The notes beneath the pieces are model-generated. The model was not told the DNA's origin and made no database searches. It worked only from the letters and a program-made list of their open reading frames with translations. A stretch of DNA of 64,000 nucleotides from assembly GCA_902598825.1 (NCBI GenBank), contig CACKDD010000001.1:4537-68536 (forward strand), given 5' to 3'. The translations under genes were made by a program, and so were the position numbers. This document shows positions 55,147 to 64,000 of the stretch, in pieces (positions within the stretch are counted from its first letter, which is position 1; each line of letters starts with the position of its first letter). The DNA is from an uncultured Pelagibacteraceae bacterium. GTDB lineage: Bacteria; Pseudomonadota; Alphaproteobacteria; Pelagibacterales; Pelagibacteraceae.

Positions 55147-56033
55147 GCAGTTTTTTTCATTAAAGGTAAAAGTTGTGATAATAAAACTCCACATAAAATA
55201 AAAAAACATCCTAAAATATTATTAATATCCAATATTTGATTAAGCAAAAACCAAGCTGCAAAAGTAGCAAATACTCCCTCTAAAGAAAAAATTATTGCTG
55301 CTGGAGCTGGTGCAATTCTTCTTTGAGCATAAATCTGAAGAACAAATGCAAATCCTCCAGATAAAATTCCAGCATATAAAATAGAGTCGATTTCTTTTAA
55401 AATATTGTTTAAAATAAATTCTTCATAAATTGAACCAATTATAAAAGAAAATACTGCCACAATTAATGTTTGCAGAGCTCCTATTGTAAGAGGAAGATTA
55501 TACCTGACAACAATCATGCCAGTAAAAATAATATGAGTGCTCCAAAAAAAAGCCCCTAGTAATACTAAACTATCTCCTAATCTTACAGTTGCATCATAAA
55601 AATTTGTAAGTAAATATCCTCCAATTAAACATAAAACTACTGATGGCCATACACTCCAATGAATTGATTTTTTTTTAAATAAAAAAACTATAATTGGTAC
55701 CATTGGAACATAAAAAATCGTGAAGAAAGCTGCATTTGCCACATCTGTATGAAGTAAAGCTACTTGCTGTAAAGCAGAGCCTAAAAAAAGTGATATTCCA
55801 ATTAATGCAGAGAATATAACAAATGTTTTGATATCTAATTTAAATTCAGATTTAAACTTTTTTATTTCAAATAAAAATACAAGAGGAAGTATCGCCAAGA
55901 AACCAACAAAAAATCTTACAGCATTAAAAGTAAATGGACCAATATCATCCATACCAGTGTCTTGAGCAATAAAAGTTGTCCCCCAAATAAATGTACACAA
56001 TAGGGCGCTAAGTAAAGATACTGTTTTTGACAT
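55143..56033 (-). CDS. DMT/EamA-family transporter
   Basis: About 10 TM segments; IWGTTF, RFFVG, SLEGVFA. Confidence 0.88.
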   Translation of the reverse strand: MSKTVSLLSALLCTFIWGTTFIAQDTGMDDIGPFTFNAVRFFVGFLAILPLVFLFEIKKFKSEFKLDIKTFVIFSALIGISLFLGSALQQVALLHTDVANAAFFTIFYVPMVPIIVFLFKKKSIHWSVWPSVVLCLIGGYLLTNFYDATVRLGDSLVLLGAFFWSTHIIFTGMIVVRYNLPLTIGALQTLIVAVFSFIIGSIYEEFILNNILKEIDSILYAGILSGGFAFVLQIYAQRRIAPAPAAIIFSLEGVFATFAAWFLLNQILDINNILGCFFILCGVLLSQLLPLMKKTA

Positions 56034-56041
56034 AAGTTTAT

Positions 56042-56971
56042 TTAAACAGCTAATTTATAAGCAAAATTTTTTCCTAAATTTTCCTTTAAATCATTATTAA
56101 ATCTAGCTGCTTCAGCACCGTCAATTATTCTATGATCGTATGATAGAGATAAAGGTAACATTGTACGAATTTGAAATCTGCCATTTAAATAAATTTGTTT
56201 TTTTTGTGATTTCCCAATTCCTAAAATCGCGACCTCAGGATAATTAATAATCGGGGTAAAAAATGAACCTCCTATTCCACCAAGACTCGTTATGGTCATT
56301 GATCCCCCAAAAAGTTCCTTTTTATCAATTTTAAGATTTCTACATTCTTCACTTATCTTTTTTAATTCATCAGCAATTAAGGAAATATTTTTATTTTCAG
56401 CATTTCTTAATTTAGGAACCATTAATCCATGTGGTGTATCTACTGCTATACCAATATGGTAATATTTTTTAAATGTCATTTTTCCATTATCAATTTCATC
56501 TATTGAAGAATTAAAACTAGGATACTTTTTTAAAGATGCGGATAAAGCTTTAACAATAAATGCTAAAGGCGTTATTTTCTTTTTTTCCCCTGTATATATA
56601 TCTGTAAGGGAATTTCTAAATTCTTCCATTTCAGTGATGTCGGCTTCATCATGGTTTGTAACATGAGGTATTTGTGTCCAGGAATTAACTAAATATTTTG
56701 ATGAAATTTTTTTTACTCTAGGAATGTCTTTTATTTCAATTTCACCAAATTCTGAATGAGCATATTCTAATTTATTTTCTTCATTTTTATTAATATGAAC
56801 CTTCTCATTTTGACCTGATTTATTAGAAACAAATAATTTAATATCTTTTTCTATTACACGACCATCTCTTTCAGTGCCCTGTACTTTATTAATATCTACA
56901 CCAAGTTCTCTTGCAAATTTTCTTGCTTTTGGTGATGCTGGAACAATTTTTAATAAATCTTTTTTTGACAT
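56042..56971 (-). CDS. aceF: Dihydrolipoamide acetyltransferase E2 lacking a lipoyl domain
   Basis: Starts at the PSBD (ASPKARKFARELGVD...G..GRV); catalytic DHRIIDG. Confidence 0.9.
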   Translation of the reverse strand: MSKKDLLKIVPASPKARKFARELGVDINKVQGTERDGRVIEKDIKLFVSNKSGQNEKVHINKNEENKLEYAHSEFGEIEIKDIPRVKKISSKYLVNSWTQIPHVTNHDEADITEMEEFRNSLTDIYTGEKKKITPLAFIVKALSASLKKYPSFNSSIDEIDNGKMTFKKYYHIGIAVDTPHGLMVPKLRNAENKNISLIADELKKISEECRNLKIDKKELFGGSMTITSLGGIGGSFFTPIINYPEVAILGIGKSQKKQIYLNGRFQIRTMLPLSLSYDHRIIDGAEAARFNNDLKENLGKNFAYKLAV

Positions 56972-59900
56972 TTATAATCTTGATGGCATTGGTTTGTTAG
57001 GGTCGATTTTATATTTTTTTATAGCCTCTGAAGCATATTTAGATGGTAAAAGTTGTTCTTTTGCCAATATACTTAATCCATAAGCAACTACGTGCTCTTT
57101 ATCTACTTCAAAAAATTTTCTTAAATTTTTTCTAGTATCACTTCTTCCAAACCCGTCTGTTCCTAAAGAATAAAAGCTTTTATTTATATATGGTCTTATC
57201 TGATCAGAATTCATTCTCATATAATCTGAAGCTGCTAATATTGGTCCCTCTGTTTTTTCTAAACATTTTTCAACGTACGATTTTTTTTGATCTTTATCAG
57301 GATTTAAAAGATTATATCTTTCTACCTCTAATCCATCTTTTCTTAATTCATTAAAACTTGTAACACTCCAAACTTCACTATCTATATTATATTCTTTTTG
57401 TAATATTTCAGCACCAGCAATCATTTCTCTTAAAATTGTACCAGAACCTAAAAACTGAATTTTACTTTTTTTATGTTTATTAAACTCTTTAATTTTGTAC
57501 ATACCTTTAAGAATTCCCTCCTCACAATTTTTATCTTTTGGCATTTCTGGGTGGGAATAATTTTCATTCATTGTAGTAATATAATAAAAAATATTTTCAT
57601 TTTTTTCATGCATCCTTTTTAAACCTTCCCTAAAAATTACTGCTAATTCGTAATGGAATGTTGGATCATAAGAAATACAGTTTGGTATTGTTGATGCCAT
57701 CAAATGACTGTGGCCATCTTGATGTTGCAGTCCCTCTCCAGCTAATGTTGTTCTTCCAGCTGTAGCACCAATTAAAAAACCTCTCGATTGGCTGTCAGCT
57801 CCTGCCCAAGCAAAATCTCCAATTCTTTGGAAACCAAACATAGAATAAAATAAGTATATGGGTACCATTTCTATATCATGATTTGTGTAGGAAGTTCCTG
57901 CAGCTATCCAAGAAGACATGGCTCCTGCTTCAGTAATTCCCTCTTCTAATACTTGACCACTTTTTTCTTCTTTATAAGAACTTAATTGAGCAGCATCTTC
58001 AGGTTCATACTTTTGGCCTTCATGAGCATATATTCCAACCTTTTGAAAAAAACCCTCCATACCAAATGTTCGAGCTTCATCGGGAATAATTGGAACCAGT
58101 CTTGGTGCAACATTTTTATCCCTAAGTAAACTTGTAAGCATTCTTACTAACGCCATTGTAGTAGACATCTCCTTTTTACCGGTAGACTCTTTCATATTAT
58201 CAAAAATATTTTTAGGTGGTGCTTTTATAGATTTAGCATAAGTGGTCCTCTCAGGAATAAATCCACCAAGTTGAAGTCTTCTTTCTTTAAGATATTTAAT
58301 CTCAGCTGAACTAGTATCAGGTTTATAATATTCAATATTTTTTACTTGATCATCTGTCAATGGAACATCAAACCTATCTCTATAGTACATTAAATCATCA
58401 ATATCTAATTTTTTTGTTTGATGCGTAGTGTTAACGCTTTCTCCACTTTTACCCATCCCATAACCTTTTATTGTTTTAGCAATTACAACTGTTGGGCTTC
58501 CAATGTTTTTTGAAGCTTTATCATATGCAGCAAAAACTTTATGGGGATCATGACCACCTCTATTTAGTCTCCAAATATCTTTGTCAGATAAACTTGAAAC
58601 TAATTTTTCTGTCTCTGGATATTTTCCAAAAAATTTTTCTCTAACAAAAGCACCATCTCTTGCTTTTATTGCTTGGTATTCTCCATCTACTGTTTCATTC
58701 ATTATCTTAACAAGATGGCCTGACTTATCATTTGCTAATAATGAGTCCCAATAAGATCCCCAAATAACTTTAATTACATTCCAACCAGCACCTCTAAAAA
58801 TTCCCTCTAATTCTTGAATTATTTTTCCATTACCTCTAACTGGACCATCCAATCTTTGTAAATTACAATTGACTACAAAAATTAAATTATCTAATTTTTC
58901 TCTTGATGCTAAACCAATAGCGCCTAAAGACTCCGGTTCATCCATCTCACCATCTCCTAAAAAAGCCCAAACTTTTCTTCCTTCATCTTTAATAAGGCCC
59001 CTGTTGATCAGATACTTCATGTATCTAGCTTGGTAGATTGCTAACATTGGACCTAAACCCATTGAAACAGTGGGAAATTGCCAAAATTTTGGCATTAACC
59101 AAGGATGAGGATAAGAAGATAAACCTCCAGGATTCACTTCTTGCCTAAAACTATCCAATTGTTTTTCACTAAGTCTTCCCTCTAAAAAAGCTCTTGCATA
59201 CATACCCGGAGCACTATGACCTTGAAAATAAACTAAGTCTCCTCCAAATTTATTATTTTTCGCTCTCCAAAAATGATTCATACCCACATCATAAAGAGTT
59301 GCTGCTGAAGCAAATGTACCTATGTGACCACCAAGTTCAGGAAATTTTTTATTAGCTCTTACTACCATAGCTGCAGCATTCCATCTAATCAAAGATCTAA
59401 TTCTTCTTTCTATATTTTGATCTCCATTAGATTTTTTTTCCTCACTTACTGGTATAGTATTTATATAAGGGGTATTTTGCGTATAAGGAATATTTGCACC
59501 TTCTCTATAGGCTTTATTTATTAACTCCTTTATTAAATAATGAGCCCTTTGATTCCCATCTTTTTGAATCACTGCAGACAAAGATTCCAACCACTCATTT
59601 GTTTCAGTTGGATCAATATCACCTTTGTTAACAACTTGAATATTATCAGTTTTACTTTCTTCTTTTATTAAAATTTTATTTGTGGTTTTTTGACTTTGAG
59701 CTACAGGCTTTTCAATTATTTCTTCTTGAGATTTTTTTAATGAATTTTCAGCTTCTTTTATTAAATTTTCAGTATTTTTGGGTACATCCTCTGCTAATTT
59801 TGTAGAAATTTTTGTCCCTGTTGTCGTAAGTAATAAATCACCTTTTGAAACTTTATCTCCAATTTTTACATTAACTGTTTCTATTTTACCTTCAATAGTT

Positions 59901-60046
59901 GATGGAATTTCTACACTCGATTTATCACTTTCAATAGTAACTATTGGATCTTTTTTTTTTATTTCTTGACCTTCTTGAACAAGAATTTCTATTACTTCAA
60001 CACCTTCAAATTCTCCAATATCAGGAACTAATAATTTTTCAGTCAT
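56972..60046 (-). CDS. aceE: Pyruvate dehydrogenase E1 (AceE type) with an N-terminal lipoyl domain
   Basis: VPDIG...ESDKSSVEIPS lipoyl domain, linker, DIDPTET.EW, GGHI, GDGEMDE, GEGLQHQDG. Confidence 0.95.
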   Translation of the reverse strand: MTEKLLVPDIGEFEGVEVIEILVQEGQEIKKKDPIVTIESDKSSVEIPSTIEGKIETVNVKIGDKVSKGDLLLTTTGTKISTKLAEDVPKNTENLIKEAENSLKKSQEEIIEKPVAQSQKTTNKILIKEESKTDNIQVVNKGDIDPTETNEWLESLSAVIQKDGNQRAHYLIKELINKAYREGANIPYTQNTPYINTIPVSEEKKSNGDQNIERRIRSLIRWNAAAMVVRANKKFPELGGHIGTFASAATLYDVGMNHFWRAKNNKFGGDLVYFQGHSAPGMYARAFLEGRLSEKQLDSFRQEVNPGGLSSYPHPWLMPKFWQFPTVSMGLGPMLAIYQARYMKYLINRGLIKDEGRKVWAFLGDGEMDEPESLGAIGLASREKLDNLIFVVNCNLQRLDGPVRGNGKIIQELEGIFRGAGWNVIKVIWGSYWDSLLANDKSGHLVKIMNETVDGEYQAIKARDGAFVREKFFGKYPETEKLVSSLSDKDIWRLNRGGHDPHKVFAAYDKASKNIGSPTVVIAKTIKGYGMGKSGESVNTTHQTKKLDIDDLMYYRDRFDVPLTDDQVKNIEYYKPDTSSAEIKYLKERRLQLGGFIPERTTYAKSIKAPPKNIFDNMKESTGKKEMSTTMALVRMLTSLLRDKNVAPRLVPIIPDEARTFGMEGFFQKVGIYAHEGQKYEPEDAAQLSSYKEEKSGQVLEEGITEAGAMSSWIAAGTSYTNHDIEMVPIYLFYSMFGFQRIGDFAWAGADSQSRGFLIGATAGRTTLAGEGLQHQDGHSHLMASTIPNCISYDPTFHYELAVIFREGLKRMHEKNENIFYYITTMNENYSHPEMPKDKNCEEGILKGMYKIKEFNKHKKSKIQFLGSGTILREMIAGAEILQKEYNIDSEVWSVTSFNELRKDGLEVERYNLLNPDKDQKKSYVEKCLEKTEGPILAASDYMRMNSDQIRPYINKSFYSLGTDGFGRSDTRKNLRKFFEVDKEHVVAYGLSILAKEQLLPSKYASEAIKKYKIDPNKPMPSRL

Positions 60047-60141
60047 TAATTATGTTTTATACACCATAAATGCTTAGTAAATTGCAAATTTTAACACATT
60101 CTGTTCAATTTTTTGACATTCTTTAAGTTCAAATTAATAAA

Positions 60142-60258
60142 ATGATTAAAAAATTATTAAATGTACTTATTCAACCAAAAGTTAGCACCTATATAGATGC
60201 TAAAACATGGATTCAAAAAATTTTATTAGAGAAGAAATACGGAAAAATTAGTTCCTAA
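60142..60258 (+). CDS. Possible small protein, 38 aa (MIKKLLNVLIQPKVSTYIDAKTWIQKILLEKKYGKISS)
   Basis: Hand-translated; TTGACA at 60113; stop overlaps the thiolase stop. Confidence 0.35.
   Translation: MIKKLLNVLIQPKVSTYIDAKTWIQKILLEKKYGKISS
60176..60203 (-). terminator. Possible terminator of the thiolase gene
   Basis: TTAGCATCT-ATAT-AGGTGCTAA stem followed by CTTTT on the - strand. Confidence 0.35.
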
Positions 60259-61430
60259 TTTCTTTCAACGCATATTGCAATACCCATGCCTCCACCAATA
60301 CAAAGTGATGCACATCCCTTTTTTTTATTAAGTTTTTTCATTTGATATATTAGAGAAATTAATATTCTTGCTCCTGATGCTCCAATTGGATGACCTAAAG
60401 CTATAGCTCCACCATTAATATTAACTTTGCTTATATCAATATTCAGCTCTCTAATAACTGCAATAGTTTGTGCTGCAAAAGCTTCATTTATCTCAAATAG
60501 ATCTATATCCTCTAATTTCCAGTTTGCTTTTTTAACAGCTTCTTTAATTGCTCCAATAGGTCCTAATCCCATAAGTGAAGGATCTATCCCAACTGACGCC
60601 CAAGATACTATTCTAGCTAATGCCTCAAGTGATTTTTTTTCAGACTCTTCTAAACTTAATAACATTAAAGCGGCTGCTCCATCATTGATGCCTGATGAAT
60701 TTCCTGCAGTGACTGTTCCATCTTCTTGAAAGACAGTTTTTAATTTTTGTAAATCCTTTAAGGTTAAATTATTTCTTGGATGTTCATCAAGTTTTAAAGT
60801 ATTTCCGTTAAGATTTACCTCAATTATTTCTTTTTCAAAGTTATTATTTTTTATTGCTGCTAAAGTTTTTTTTTGAGAATTTAATGCAAATTCATCCTGT
60901 TCTTCTCTCGATATATTGAATTTCTTTGCAACATTTTCAGCTGTTACACCCATGTGATAATTCTTAAATGCATCAAGTAATCCGTCATTCATCATTACAC
61001 CTAAAAATTTGTTTTCTGAATTTTTTTTTTCATTTTCTTTAAGAGTTATTTGGGGGGCGATTGACATGTTTTCTTGTCCGCCAGAAATAACTATTTTTGA
61101 GTCTCCCAATTTAATTGATTGAAATCCTGAAATTATAGCTCTTAATCCTGAGCCACAAACTTGATTAACAATGTAAGCAGGTTTTGAAACAGGTATTCCT
61201 GCACTGATTGCAGCTTGTCTAGCAGGATTCTGTCCCATTCCTGCAGTCAAAACTTGACCCATAATTATTTCATCTACTTCATTAGGATTTAAATTGCTTC
61301 TTTTTAAAACCTCATTAATTACTATCGATCCAAGTTGATGTGCTCTTATGTCTTTAAGGGACCCATTATAAGTACCTATAGGAGTTCTTGCTGCCTCTAC
61401 TATAACTACATCTTTTGAATTATCACTCAT
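60255..61430 (-). CDS. Acetyl-CoA C-acetyltransferase (thiolase); start revised to 61430
   Basis: ARTPIG, QVCGSG, NEAF, GHPIGASG, CIGGG. Confidence 0.95.
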   Translation of the reverse strand: MSDNSKDVVIVEAARTPIGTYNGSLKDIRAHQLGSIVINEVLKRSNLNPNEVDEIIMGQVLTAGMGQNPARQAAISAGIPVSKPAYIVNQVCGSGLRAIISGFQSIKLGDSKIVISGGQENMSIAPQITLKENEKKNSENKFLGVMMNDGLLDAFKNYHMGVTAENVAKKFNISREEQDEFALNSQKKTLAAIKNNNFEKEIIEVNLNGNTLKLDEHPRNNLTLKDLQKLKTVFQEDGTVTAGNSSGINDGAAALMLLSLEESEKKSLEALARIVSWASVGIDPSLMGLGPIGAIKEAVKKANWKLEDIDLFEINEAFAAQTIAVIRELNIDISKVNINGGAIALGHPIGASGARILISLIYQMKKLNKKKGCASLCIGGGMGIAICVERN

Positions 61431-61501
61431 GAAATTTAGTTTTCTCTTGTAGTTAAAATACACTAAAAATTGTTATATTATAATTAAATAAAATTAAAAA
61501 T

Positions 61502-61578
61502 GCGCCTGTAGCTCAACTGGATAGAGCGCTTGGCTACGGACCAGGAGGTTCTGGGTTCGACTCCTAGCAGGCGCACCA
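61502..61578 (+). tRNA. tRNA-Arg(ACG)
   Basis: GCGCCTG...CAGGCGC-A-CCA; anticodon loop CT-ACG-GA; T-loop TTCGACT. Confidence 0.96.
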
Positions 61579-61591
61579 AGAAAAGGTAAAT

Positions 61592-61690
61592 ATGTTTGAT
61601 TGGTTTATAAAATCTTCACTACAAAAATCTGTAATCTATTTTTTTATATTAATTTTTATAATTTTATTAATTTTAACTTTTGTATTATAA
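61592..61690 (+). CDS. Possible small membrane peptide, 32 aa (MFDWFIKSSLQKSVIYFFILIFIILLILTFVL)
   Basis: Hand-translated; AAGG RBS; fills the gap between tRNA-Arg and the thioesterase. Confidence 0.4.
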   Translation: MFDWFIKSSLQKSVIYFFILIFIILLILTFVL

Positions 61691-61696
61691 TAAATA

Positions 61697-62098
61697 ATGA
61701 CTAAAGATTTTGAACAAATTAGCTTAAATCCTGGATTTATGAAACATAATGGAGGTGTTTTGTTCAGAAATATTTCAGAAAATGAATATGAATTTAAAAC
61801 TAAAATTACCAAAAATCATTTAAATATGGCTGGTATCACTCATGGTGGATATCTATCTGCTTTAATTGATGCTGGTGCTGGTACAGCTGCTCATAGATCT
61901 GTTGAGAATGCACCATGTGTAACAATTTCTTTAGATTTAAAATTTATAGGGGCATCAAAAGTTGATGATGAAATAATTGGAAAAGTTAAAATACTTAAGA
62001 AAACGAAAACTTTAGTTTTTTTGTTCTGTGAATTAAAATGTAATGACAAAATTATTACCTCAGCTTCAGGAGTTTGGAAAATTTTAGCTAAAAGATAA
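61697..62098 (+). CDS. PaaI-family hotdog thioesterase
   Basis: HLNMAGITHGG....LID motif. Confidence 0.9.
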   Translation: MTKDFEQISLNPGFMKHNGGVLFRNISENEYEFKTKITKNHLNMAGITHGGYLSALIDAGAGTAAHRSVENAPCVTISLDLKFIGASKVDDEIIGKVKILKKTKTLVFLFCELKCNDKIITSASGVWKILAKR

Positions 62099-62202
62099 AT
62101 GAGAACTTTTTATTCTCCGATTCGGTCATGTTTTAGTCTATTTTTGTTCTATATGTCTAACAAGATCTGGTAGGTAAAAAAAAAAGTATACCAAAAGTAG
62201 AA

Positions 62203-64000
62203 ATGACTAAATTTAAAATTACTGCTGTTCTAGGTCCTACAAATACGGGAAAAACCCATTTAGCAATAGATACTATGTTGTCTTTTGATAGTGGAATGAT
62301 TGGTTTTCCTTTACGATTATTAGCTCGAGAGGTTTATGACAAAGTCGTTAAAAAAATTGGTTTAGATAAAGTTGCTTTAATCACTGGGGAAGAAAAAATT
62401 ATACCTACAAATGCAAAATATTATTTATGCACTGTTGAGTCTATGCCTATAGATAAATACTTAGATTTTGTGGGCGTAGATGAAATACAAATGTGTGCAG
62501 ATCATGAACGTGGACATATTTTTACGGATAGACTTCTTAATATGAGAGGAACTAAATTAACAATGCTAATGGGTTCAAATACTATTAAAAATATTATTTC
62601 AAAATTAGATGATGATGTAGAATTTATTAATAGAGACCGATTATCTAAACTTTCATATGCTGGACATAAAAAAATTTCAAGAATACAGAGGAAAACTGCA
62701 ATTATAGCTTTTTCAGCAGAAGAAGTTTATGCAATCGCAGAATTAATCCGGAGACAAAAGGGAGGAGCAGCAATAGTTATGGGTTCTCTTAGTCCAAAGA
62801 CAAGGAACGCTCAAGTTGAATTGTATCAATCAGGTGATGTAGATTTTCTTGTTGCTACTGATGCAATAGGCATGGGGATTAATATGGATTTAGATCAGGT
62901 TTATTTTTCAAATTTAAAAAAATTTGATGGAAAAAAATTAAGAAAACTTAATCTATCTGAAATTGGACAAATTGCTGGAAGGGCTGGTAGATATCTAAAT
63001 GATGGTAATTTTGGTATTACAGGTCAATGTAAAGAAATTAATGCTGAAGAGGTTAATTTATTAGAAAATCATAAATTTGAAGAAATTCAATCGCTTTTTT
63101 GGAGAAACTCTGATTTAAATTTTAATAATCCTTCAACTTTAATAAATTCGTTAGATGAAAAACCAAAAAAAAAATGGTTGAGAAAAATACATGAATGTGA
63201 AGACGAAAAAGCTCTTAAATTTTTCTTGAGAGATATAAATTTAAAAAATATCGAATTTAATAGAGAAAAGTTAATTCTTTTATGGGAATGTTGTCAAATA
63301 CCAGATTTTGTTAAAAAAACTTATGGAAATCACTACGATGTTATCGCAAATGTATTTAAATATTTAAACAGTAAAAAAGCTAAAATAAGTGATAATTACA
63401 TGCGCTTACAACTAATGAAATTAGATAAATTAGATGGAAATGTAGATTCTTTGTCAAATAGAATTGCAAATGTTAGAACTTGGTCTTATGTTTCAAATAA
63501 AAAAAATTGGATAGAAAATCAAGACTATTGGATAGAAAAAACAAAATCATTGGAGGACAAACTTTCGGATAGACTACATGAAGAACTTACGAAAACCTTT
63601 ATTGATAAAAGAGCTAGTATTCTTGCAAGAGGTCTAAAACAGGATATGAAATTTGATACAAAGATTTTAGATAATAATGAAGTTATGATTGATGATCAAT
63701 TCATCGGTAAAATTAATGGTCTTAAACTGGAGCTTGATTTAAAAAAAGGAGCTCTAGAAACTGATATTAAATCTCTTAAAAAGGCAGCAAGGCAAACAGT
63801 TAGTCCAGAACTTGAAAAAAGAATTCAAATTATAGTTGAAACAGGTTTAATTAATCTTGAAAATGATTTCAAAATCTATTGGAAAGATTCACCTATTGCA
63901 AGATTATTACCAGGAAAAGACTACTTAAATCCAAGTATTGAATTAATAGTTGACGATATTTTAGAAAAAAATCAAAGTCAAAAATTACTAGAATTTCTAG
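62203..64000 (+). CDS. Suv3-like SF2 helicase (MgpS-type), 3'-truncated by window edge; absent from the ORF track
   Basis: Hand-translated MTKFKITAVLGPTNTGKT, FPLRLLAREVY, DEIQ, ATDAIGMG, QIAGRAGR. Confidence 0.9.
   Translation, partial: MTKFKITAVLGPTNTGKTHLAIDTMLSFDSGMIGFPLRLLAREVYDKVVKKIGLDKVALITGEEKIIPTNAKYYLCTVESMPIDKYLDFVGVDEIQMCADHERGHIFTDRLLNMRGTKLTMLMGSNTIKNIISKLDDDVEFINRDRLSKLSYAGHKKISRIQRKTAIIAFSAEEVYAIAELIRRQKGGAAIVMGSLSPKTRNAQVELYQSGDVDFLVATDAIGMGINMDLDQVYFSNLKKFDGKKLRKLNLSEIGQIAGRAGRYLNDGNFGITGQCKEINAEEVNLLENHKFEEIQSLFWRNSDLNFNNPSTLINSLDEKPKKKWLRKIHECEDEKALKFFLRDINLKNIEFNREKLILLWECCQIPDFVKKTYGNHYDVIANVFKYLNSKKAKISDNYMRLQLMKLDKLDGNVDSLSNRIANVRTWSYVSNKKNWIENQDYWIEKTKSLEDKLSDRLHEELTKTFIDKRASILARGLKQDMKFDTKILDNNEVMIDDQFIGKINGLKLELDLKKGALETDIKSLKKAARQTVSPELEKRIQIIVETGLINLENDFKIYWKDSPIARLLPGKDYLNPSIELIVDDILEKNQSQKLLEFL

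Noticed and set aside
56969-56974. Programmed readthrough between aceE and aceF as a specific signal
   Set aside because: Zero-gap stop/start junctions also occur at def/fmt, cobS/cobT, GT4/thrS and thrS/infC, so abutment alone reflects streamlining
62099-62202. Possible LexA box or sRNA upstream of the helicase
   Set aside because: No GTTC-N7-GTTC spacing and only a weak 5-bp stem

Overview
AT-rich, very gene-dense core chromosome of a streamlined marine alphaproteobacterium. Gene content, synteny and minimal intergenic spacers point to SAR11/Pelagibacterales; this is inferred, not confirmed by a search. The window is mostly housekeeping: folC, trxA, his genes, murA, dcd, rpmH-rnpA-yidD-yidC, argB-dapD-dapE, truA-fmt-def, aroKB, cobST, regB, gyrB, rfbBA, lepA, pheST, rplT-rpmI-infC-thrS, gltDB, aceEF, a thiolase and a Suv3-like helicase. 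It has five tRNAs (His, Phe, Thr, Ser, Arg). No CRISPR array, integrase, transposase or prophage was seen. Most notable: (1) an RmuC + RecB/MGME1-like PD-(D/E)XK nuclease + ExoI-like cassette upstream of trxA, where many alphaproteobacteria carry addAB; (2) a pyruvate dehydrogenase with the lipoyl domain on E1 and none on E2; (3) an HDAC-family deacetylase next to a SET-domain methyltransferase in a lysine-biosynthesis operon; (4) a candidate His-sensing leader peptide and terminator upstream of tRNA-His-hisS-hisZ-hisG; (5) two tRNAs with non-canonical elbow/T-loop sequences; (6) a decayed methyltransferase fragment at the 3' end of tRNA-Ser; (7) several small ORFs missed by the ORF track.
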